DNA of 12,088 bases from Candidatus Methylomirabilia bacterium. Its GTDB lineage: Bacteria > Methylomirabilota > Methylomirabilia > Rokubacteriales > CSP1-6. A program made the position numbers and the translations under genes. The notes under the pieces are model-generated. The model was not told the origin of the DNA. It saw nothing but the letters and a program-made list of their open reading frames with translations, and made no database searches. This document shows positions 1 to 5,588 of the stretch, in pieces; within the stretch, counting starts at the first letter, position 1, and each line of letters starts with the position of its first letter. The stretch spans positions 1 through 12,088 of the forward strand of contig JBGPXN010000142.1 in NCBI GenBank assembly GCA_041492755.1. Reading direction: 5' to 3'.

Positions 1-2737
1 CCGACGGCACCCAGGCCGCTTTGTCGCGATCGTAGAAGCCTACCGGCACGATCGTTCCGACCGGAAAGTTGAGGAAATTCTCGACGTACTGAATGATTGG
101 CTGGTTGAAACTGAGTCTCTTTGCTCCTGCCGCTATGGCTTCATCGGCGCTGAGCTCGACTGCATAGGTGTAACCGCTCGTGGGCGGCAACGGGGCGGGC
201 ATGGCGTTCGGGCCGTTGGGACCCACGGTGTACTCGGTCGCGCGCGCGTTCAGCAAACTGATCGGCTGTGTGCTGCCATCGGGCATGACCAGGTTCGCCG
301 TGGTCCCCGGCGGTATCAGCAGCGTGGCTCGTCGGGTTCCGTCCGAGTCGGTCATCGCGCTGCCCCGCGCCACCTGCATCGCCCCCACGTTGAGGTTGAT
401 CGGCGTGACTTGTGCGTCCAGAAGAATCATCACCACGTCCGGCGTCATCACATAGTCCTGCCAGGGGACGTTCACCTGCCGTTGAGCCGAGAGCAGACCA
501 CTCTTCCGGTAGTCGACGGTCAGCAGCCCGCCGCCGTTGACGGCCATGTCAAACATGCCGTCGGCGCGGGACAGCGTCTGCCCAAACTCGGGGTGATTGA
601 GGACCGTGATGGTCACACCAGAGAGCGGCCCATTGTTCTTGTCCAGCATCTTGCCGCGCACGACGGCCGCGCGTCTGAGTTCGATCGTGCCCGGCGCCAC
701 GCCGGTCTGGATCGGATTGGCGCCGGTGTAGAGGAACTCGGTGGAAGTCCCAATGCCCGTGGCGACCGTACGGTTCACCGGGGGCGCGACGGTGCCCGGA
801 TCGGGCGGCAGGCCGCCGCCCGCCGGGTTCACGGTTACCGCCACGTCGTCGCTCGACGAGAGCCGGCTGTCGTTCGCGGTCAGTCGGAGAACGTATTGGC
901 CGCTGGCGGAAAACGTTGCGACGGTGGACGCGGCGTCTGAATTCGAGAACGTGACCGTGCCCGGACCGCTCGCGGCGCTCCATGTGATCGTGAGCGTTGC
1001 GCCGGCCGGGAGACCGTCGTCCGTCACCGTGCCATTGAGGGTCGCGGTGTTCGGGAGCGTCACGGTCTGATCGGGGCCCGCATCGACGCTGGGCGCCTGA
1101 TTGGCCGGATTGACCGTCACCCTCACCTCGGCGCTCGACGAGAGCGCGCCGTCGCTCACCATCAAGCGCAGCACGTACACGCCGGCTTCGGAGAAGGCCG
1201 CGGTCGTCTGCGCTGCGCTTGCGTTTGTGAAGACCACCGAGCCGGGACCGCTGACCTTGCTCCATCCGATCGTGAGGGTCGAGCCGGGCGGCAAGCCGTC
1301 GTCGGTCACCGAGCCGCTCAGCGCGGCCGTGCTGGGCCGCGTGATCGTCTGGTCGGGCCCCGCATCGACGCTCGGTGCTCGGTTCGGCGGGTTGACCGTC
1401 TCCACGGCGGTCACCGGCTGACTATCAGTCGTGCCATCGTTGACGATGAGCTGCACGACGTAGACGCCGGTCAGGTCCGGCACGAAGGTCGGGTTCAGCG
1501 CGGTGACGTCGGAGAGCGCGGCCGTGCTGCCCGTGGGCCGGGAGACGTAGGACCACCGGAAGCTGAGGGGGTCGTGGTCGACGTCGGAGGACTGGCTGCC
1601 ATCGAGCTGCACGGTCTGGCCGAGGGTGACGGTCTGATCGGGCCCCGCATCGGCGACCGGGCGGGAGTTCTCGGTGTCGATCGTCACGGTGTCCGGGCGA
1701 CTGTCCACGGTGCCGTCGTTCACGATGAGCTGGACGACGTAGCGACCGGGGAGATCGACGACGAACGCCGGCCCGGGTGCGGTGGGATCCGTCAGCGTCG
1801 CCTGGCTGCCCGGCGGCTTCGACACGAACGACCAGCTGAATCGAAGGGGGTCGTGGTCCACGTCGAATGAGCCCGTGCCATCCAGTTGGACCGTGGCCCC
1901 GTCGAGGACGGTCTGATCGGGGCCCGTGTTGGCGGTCGGAGGCGAATTCTGCGTGTCGATGAGCACCGTGTCCGGCTGGCTGTCGTCGAAGCCGTCATTG
2001 ACGATGAGCTGGAGGGTGTACCGCCCACCCACATCGGCAACAAACATGGGGCGCACCGCAGAGGCATCGGTCAAGACGGCGTTGCTGCCAGTCGGGCGTG
2101 AGAGGAAGGACCAGTGGAAAGTGAGCTGGTCGCCGTCGGCGTCGGCGGACGCGCTGCCGTCCAGGTGGACGCGGGTTGTCACCAAGACCGTTTGGTCGGG
2201 GCCGGCATTGGCCTGCGGCGCACGGTTGACTACGTGAAACGCGATCCGTCCGGTGTGTCCGCCGGGGTTGGTCGCTCTGACGGTCGTGAGGCCCGGGTGG
2301 ACGCCGAAGGGAACGCGAAATGTCGCGCGGTGGCCGGTCGCGGTCAGCACGTGGGCGGCGACGCCGCCCACGGTAATCCGCACATTACGGCCTCCAAAGC
2401 CGGTGCCCGTGATCGTCACCAGTCCGCCGCGGGCCGCGGAGAGGGGCGTGATGCTCCTGATGACAACGGCCTGTGGCGACCGACCGTCCTCGCGGTCATC
2501 CCGGCGATCGCCCCCGCGGTCATCCTCGCGGTCATCCCGGCGATCGTCCCCGCCGCTATCCCTCCCGCCGCCGTCGTCCGACACATCACCACCGCGCCCA
2601 GCCTTCGGAGAGGCCCCTGCGAACGTGAGCATGACCATCGCCATGGCAACGGCAGCCGCGACACGTGGCCGTTGGCCAACGCGCTCCAGGAGCATCAGAG
2701 GCAGGCGAATGATGTGCCAGCGCCATGCGGTGGTCAT
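1..2737 (-). CDS. Large secreted surface protein, N-terminal 912 aa only (runs off window): signal peptide, D/R/G-rich linker, IPT/TIG domain, 5 PKD-like (K319L-type) repeats, teneurin TTR-like domain; probable bacterial teneurin-like / RHS-YD protein
   Basis: Manual translation from ATG 2737 (alternative ATG 2695) is open to position 2, so it is absent from the ORF track (no stop in window). It begins MTTAWRWH...RPRVAAAVAMAMVMLTFAGA. IPT domain VVIRSITPLSAARGGLVTITGTGFGG at ~2466-2228. Repeats N(x)xPxAxAGPDQTV start at 2227, 1948, 1669, 1384 and 1102. Then FLYTGANPIQTGVAPGTIELRRAAVVRGKMLDKNNGPLSGVTITVLNHPEFGQTLSRADGMFDMAVNGGG, ending ...GFYDRDKAAWVPS at the window edge. Confidence 0.9.
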   Translation of the reverse strand, partial: MTTAWRWHIIRLPLMLLERVGQRPRVAAAVAMAMVMLTFAGASPKAGRGGDVSDDGGGRDSGGDDRRDDREDDRGGDRRDDREDGRSPQAVVIRSITPLSAARGGLVTITGTGFGGRNVRITVGGVAAHVLTATGHRATFRVPFGVHPGLTTVRATNPGGHTGRIAFHVVNRAPQANAGPDQTVLVTTRVHLDGSASADADGDQLTFHWSFLSRPTGSNAVLTDASAVRPMFVADVGGRYTLQLIVNDGFDDSQPDTVLIDTQNSPPTANTGPDQTVLDGATVQLDGTGSFDVDHDPLRFSWSFVSKPPGSQATLTDPTAPGPAFVVDLPGRYVVQLIVNDGTVDSRPDTVTIDTENSRPVADAGPDQTVTLGQTVQLDGSQSSDVDHDPLSFRWSYVSRPTGSTAALSDVTALNPTFVPDLTGVYVVQLIVNDGTTDSQPVTAVETVNPPNRAPSVDAGPDQTITRPSTAALSGSVTDDGLPPGSTLTIGWSKVSGPGSVVFTNASAAQTTAAFSEAGVYVLRLMVSDGALSSSAEVRVTVNPANQAPSVDAGPDQTVTLPNTATLNGTVTDDGLPAGATLTITWSAASGPGTVTFSNSDAASTVATFSASGQYVLRLTANDSRLSSSDDVAVTVNPAGGGLPPDPGTVAPPVNRTVATGIGTSTEFLYTGANPIQTGVAPGTIELRRAAVVRGKMLDKNNGPLSGVTITVLNHPEFGQTLSRADGMFDMAVNGGGLLTVDYRKSGLLSAQRQVNVPWQDYVMTPDVVMILLDAQVTPINLNVGAMQVARGSAMTDSDGTRRATLLIPPGTTANLVMPDGSTQPISLLNARATEYTVGPNGPNAMPAPLPPTSGYTYAVELSADEAIAAGAKRLSFNQPIIQYVENFLNFPVGTIVPVGFYDRDKAAWVPS
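821..2227 (-). repeat. Five tandem PKD-like domain repeats (93-95 aa) in two subtypes
   Basis: Unit starts are spaced 279, 279, 285 and 282 bp. Units 1-3 share LDGxxSxDxDxDxLxFxWS...QLIVNDG. Units 4-5 share GxVTDDGLPxGxTLTIxW...SGPGxVxF...YVLRL. Confidence 0.85.
2487..2546. repeat. Exact 24-bp direct repeat (36-bp period) encoding DRRDDRED twice
   Basis: tcctcgcggtcatcccggcgatcg occurs at 2487-2510 and 2523-2546. Confidence 0.85.
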
Positions 2738-2769
2738 CGCTGTTTCCCCATGATTCGAGTCAGTTGATG

Positions 2770-2858
2770 CCTTCCTACGGGCTCCGCCCCGCTGGATCTC
2801 GAGCGGCACGAGGTTCGGCACGGGTCATCCCGTCGCACTCCGTGCGCCCGAAGGAAAG
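2770..2858 (-). other. Candidate multi-stem structured element in the 5' leader of the teneurin-like gene
   Basis: Minus-strand CTTTCCTTCGGGC (2858-2846) pairs with GCCCGTAGGAAGG (2782-2770). It encloses the hairpins GCAC-GGA-GTGC, ACGGG-ATGA-CCCGT and CCGCT-N8-AGCGG. Confidence 0.4.
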
Positions 2859-3022
2859 TTGGAAACAGACATTGACGGTCCAGAAGCGACGCGGGTCATA
2901 GATCGGAGCGGCCAGTCCTTGAGAAGGAAGAGTCACAAGAGTGCCCGTACCAGCCCGAGTCGTATTCTTGCGGACCGAGCACGCCTCAATAGGTGCCTCC
3001 CGGCGAGCCGCAGTGTGTGGGG

Positions 3023-3051
3023 AACCTACTCCTCGGTCTCGGCACTGTCAA
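3023..3051 (-). promoter_or_regulatory. sigma70-type promoter TTGACA-N17-TAGGTT directed toward the teneurin-like gene
   Basis: Perfect -35 TTGACA (3051-3046), exactly 17-nt spacer, and -10 TAGGTT (3028-3023) with the conserved T, A and final T. Confidence 0.7.
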
Positions 3052-3068
3052 TTGCCGAAGTTTTCATC

Positions 3069-3112
3069 GTGACGCGCTCCGATCGAGGGGATCCCTCCGC
3101 GGCGCCCGTCAC
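3069..3112 (-). terminator. Long imperfect hairpin just downstream of the MetE-like gene (terminator-like, no U-tract)
   Basis: GTGACG...CCG..GAGGG-ATC-CCCTC..CGG...CGTCAC begins 16 nt after the TAA stop. Confidence 0.4.
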
Positions 3113-3128
3113 CTCCCGCAAGTTCACT

Positions 3129-4160
3129 TTAGCCGCCGAGCTCGTTCCGCACGATCTCCGCGCCCCGGACCAGCGCGAGCAGCTTCTGCTTCACCACCCA
3201 GCGCGGCGTCTCCCAGAAACCGCAGTCCGGGTTCACCCACAGCTTGTCGGCGGGGACGTACTTCAAGAGCGCGCGGATGCGCGCGGCGACGTCGTCGGCC
3301 GTCTCCGCCTTGAACGCCTTGACGTCGATGACACCGGCGCCGAGCTCGAGATGGCGAGGCCAGTCCTGCCAGCGCTCGGCCTCGTCGAGGCCCCGGTTGG
3401 CGAACTCGAGCACGATCTGCGACGCCTTGAGGTCGGCGACCACGGGAAAGAGATTGCGGTAGTCGCGCACCGCGCTGAACGGCCGGCCGTAGAGATTGCC
3501 GAAGCAGACGTGGACGGCGATCTTGGCGTGCACCCCCTCGACCGCGCGGTTGATCCCCTGGGTGACGTCGTGGACGCTGCCCGCGTACATGCCGTGGTGC
3601 GGCTCGTCGATCTGGATGAAGTTGGCGCCCGCCTTCACGAGCGCAACGCACTCGGCGTTGACGAGGCCGACCAGGTCCGCCAGCAGCGTGCCCTTGTCGG
3701 TGTAGCCGCCGCCGAGCTTGAGCGGGACCATCAGCGTGTACGGCCCGGGGACGGTGGCCTTCAATGGCTTGCTGGTGAGCGAGCGCGCGAGCGTGAATTC
3801 CTCCGCGATGCCGAGCCCCGCGGGCGCGGCGATCCTGGCGGTCACCTCGAACGGCGTGTTGGTGTCCCACAGTGGCTGGCCGAGCTTGCGCGGCGGTTCC
3901 AGCGCCCTGATCCCCGCGATGCGGTCGTAGAAGCCGATGATGAAGCGCACCCGTCCCATCTCGCCCGTGGTGAGCACGTCGATGCCGGCCCGCTCCTGGT
4001 CCAGCAGCGCCGCCTGCGTCGCGTCCTCGGTGAGCTCGCGCACGTCGAGCACGCCCAGGCGCCCCGCTTCCATCGCTTCGCGGGCCAGCCACACCCAGCC
4101 CGGCAACCCGTGGCTGCCCACGACCGAGGTCGGCAAGGTCTTCGGCAGCGTCGCCGGCAT
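3129..4160 (-). CDS. Cobalamin-independent methionine synthase II family protein (MetE C-terminal catalytic domain only; Zn-dependent thiol alkyl/methyltransferase)
   Basis: 343 aa. Motifs PTSVVGS, DQERAGIDVLTTGE, IQIDEP; Zn ligands HVC (HxC), E in IVLEFA and C in WVNPDCG. SD GAAAGG lies upstream of the ATG. Confidence 0.9.
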   Translation of the reverse strand: MPATLPKTLPTSVVGSHGLPGWVWLAREAMEAGRLGVLDVRELTEDATQAALLDQERAGIDVLTTGEMGRVRFIIGFYDRIAGIRALEPPRKLGQPLWDTNTPFEVTARIAAPAGLGIAEEFTLARSLTSKPLKATVPGPYTLMVPLKLGGGYTDKGTLLADLVGLVNAECVALVKAGANFIQIDEPHHGMYAGSVHDVTQGINRAVEGVHAKIAVHVCFGNLYGRPFSAVRDYRNLFPVVADLKASQIVLEFANRGLDEAERWQDWPRHLELGAGVIDVKAFKAETADDVAARIRALLKYVPADKLWVNPDCGFWETPRWVVKQKLLALVRGAEIVRNELGG

Positions 4161-4173
4161 GGTTGGCGACCTT

Positions 4174-5304
4174 TCAGAAGTGGAAGTGGGCGCCGAGGCC
4201 CAGGTAGTCGACCTTCTGCTTGTAGAACTGGCCGTTCGGGGAATGGCCGCGGAAGTATTCGAGCAGGATCTGGAGATTCCGGGAGGCGAGCACGCCCTGG
4301 AACTCGAGGCCGGCGCGCACCGAGAGGTCGGTGTGCCAGTGGTTCTCCTCCCGGTTCTGCACGTCGACGCCGGCGAGGGGCCGGAATGCCGATCCCGGGC
4401 CCGGCCACGGACTCCGCACCTCGACCCCCCACTGCAGCGACCCCGGATCGAGATGCCGGGGCTCCTGATCGAAGAGATACCCGCCCCCGCCGTACAGTCG
4501 CAGCGCGTCGCCGAAGAACTCGTACGACAGCCGGACGTCGACGCTCTCGTAGCTCAGGTTGATGCGGTTCTTCACGCGATTGCCCAGGAGGAACTCGTCA
4601 CCGACGTGGCTGCTCTGATGGAAGAGACGGGCCAGCGCCGAGAAGCGATCGAGGCGATAGCCTGAAAACGCCGCGACCAGGTAGTCGGCGTTGATGAGGT
4701 CCTTGGACGGGGCATCGAGGTCGAAGACGGCGAACACGCCGGCCTGCAACCCGGTTTCCCACCACCCGCTCCCGAGCCGGCCTCGATACAGAGTGAAGGT
4801 CTCGCCGAAGCTCACGGCGGCGACGTCCCTGAGATCACCCTCGTTCAGGTACCGCTGGTAGGCGGCGGCGAAATGAGGCCACCGCGGATCGGCGATGAGC
4901 GGTTTGAACAACTGCCCGCCCGGCAGGATCCCGGTCTGCGGCTCTTCGACGACCATCGCGTTCGCCCCGCCCGGCGCCGGCCGGCTCGCCACCGGCGGCA
5001 CCGGCGGGCGCGTCGCGCCGGCGATGGCGGCCGGCGCTCCCACGGTCCGAACGTCGACGCGAACGACACCGTGGATGCGCGCCAGCGCCTCGATGATCCT
5101 GGCCCGCTCGGCCTCGCCGGCCTCCAGCGTGATCACTCCCCGCTCGACGCGCAACGACGGCGCGCTCATCTTCAACTCGCGCTCGAGGACGGCGGTGGCG
5201 TAGCCGGCGATGTAGGCATCGTCCGCCGGCTCCGCACGCGCGGCCGGCGCCACGGCGAGCGCGAGCACCAGGAACAGCACGGTTGCGACGTGTCCGTTCT
5301 TCAT
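4174..5304 (-). CDS. DUF1207-family secreted / outer-membrane beta-barrel protein (376 aa)
   Basis: True start is ATG 5304, preceded by AAGGGGAGG. Signal peptide MKNGHVATVLFLVLALAVAPAARA. Motifs LFKPLIADPRWPHF, DLINADY, FHQSSHVGDEFLL, GHSPNGQFY. Amphipathic C-terminal strand ends in Phe (YLGLGAHFHF). It corresponds to the C-terminal part of the 1187-aa track ORF. Confidence 0.82.
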   Translation of the reverse strand: MKNGHVATVLFLVLALAVAPAARAEPADDAYIAGYATAVLERELKMSAPSLRVERGVITLEAGEAERARIIEALARIHGVVRVDVRTVGAPAAIAGATRPPVPPVASRPAPGGANAMVVEEPQTGILPGGQLFKPLIADPRWPHFAAAYQRYLNEGDLRDVAAVSFGETFTLYRGRLGSGWWETGLQAGVFAVFDLDAPSKDLINADYLVAAFSGYRLDRFSALARLFHQSSHVGDEFLLGNRVKNRINLSYESVDVRLSYEFFGDALRLYGGGGYLFDQEPRHLDPGSLQWGVEVRSPWPGPGSAFRPLAGVDVQNREENHWHTDLSVRAGLEFQGVLASRNLQILLEYFRGHSPNGQFYKQKVDYLGLGAHFHF

Positions 5305-5486
5305 GTCCTCCCCTTGGCACCCGCGCGCCAGGACGCGGGGCGCGGGGATCTCCAGCTTCCGGCGCTCACGTACTCGTAGTTGGTCTCCATCGGCGTGTAG
5401 GCCAGCGTCTGCCAGCCCCCCAGCTTCTTGCTGATCGCCCACGTCGTGGACTTCATCCCGATCATCACGCCATGATAGCCGTCTAG
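5301..5486 (-). pseudogene. 3' remnant of a gene, probably an ABC-transporter (family 5) solute-binding protein C-terminus
   Basis: Frame reads LDGYHGVMIGMKSTTWAISKKLGGWQTLAYTPMETNYEYVS with host-like GC-rich third positions but no credible start. Family assignment is by resemblance only. Confidence 0.4.
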
Positions 5487-5571
5487 AGGACAACGCCGTG
5501 TCCTCGAACAGGATCGCCGGGTGGTCGGGAAACCAGCGGGCGGCCCGCTCGACGCTGTCGGCAACGTTCAT
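5487..5571 (-). pseudogene. 5' remnant of an AMP-dependent acyl-CoA synthetase/ligase
   Basis: ATG 5571, 17 nt after the coxL-like stop, gives MNVADSVERAARWFPDHPAILFEDTALS. This is a typical ANL-ligase N-terminus that breaks off where (T/S)YxEL would follow. Confidence 0.65.
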
Positions 5572-5588
5572 CGCCGAGCCGTCGGGCG

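Noticed and set aside
821..2227. Recurring ggtctgatcgggNcccgcatcg motifs as a CRISPR array
   Set aside because: The ~280-bp spacing is in frame and the motif encodes the AGPDQT segment of PKD repeats; no cas genes are present.
2770..2858. tRNA or known riboswitch call for the cloverleaf element
   Set aside because: No TTCRA T-loop, 7-nt anticodon loop or CCA end, and no conserved core of a riboswitch class I recognise; kept only as a candidate novel structure.
2859..4562. 567-aa plus-strand ORF and other long plus-strand ORFs (5619-7112, 7651-9582, 9736-11094, 180-2767 set)
   Set aside because: They are antisense to genes with clear motifs, have no recognisable domains, and are expected from stop-codon scarcity in GC-rich DNA.
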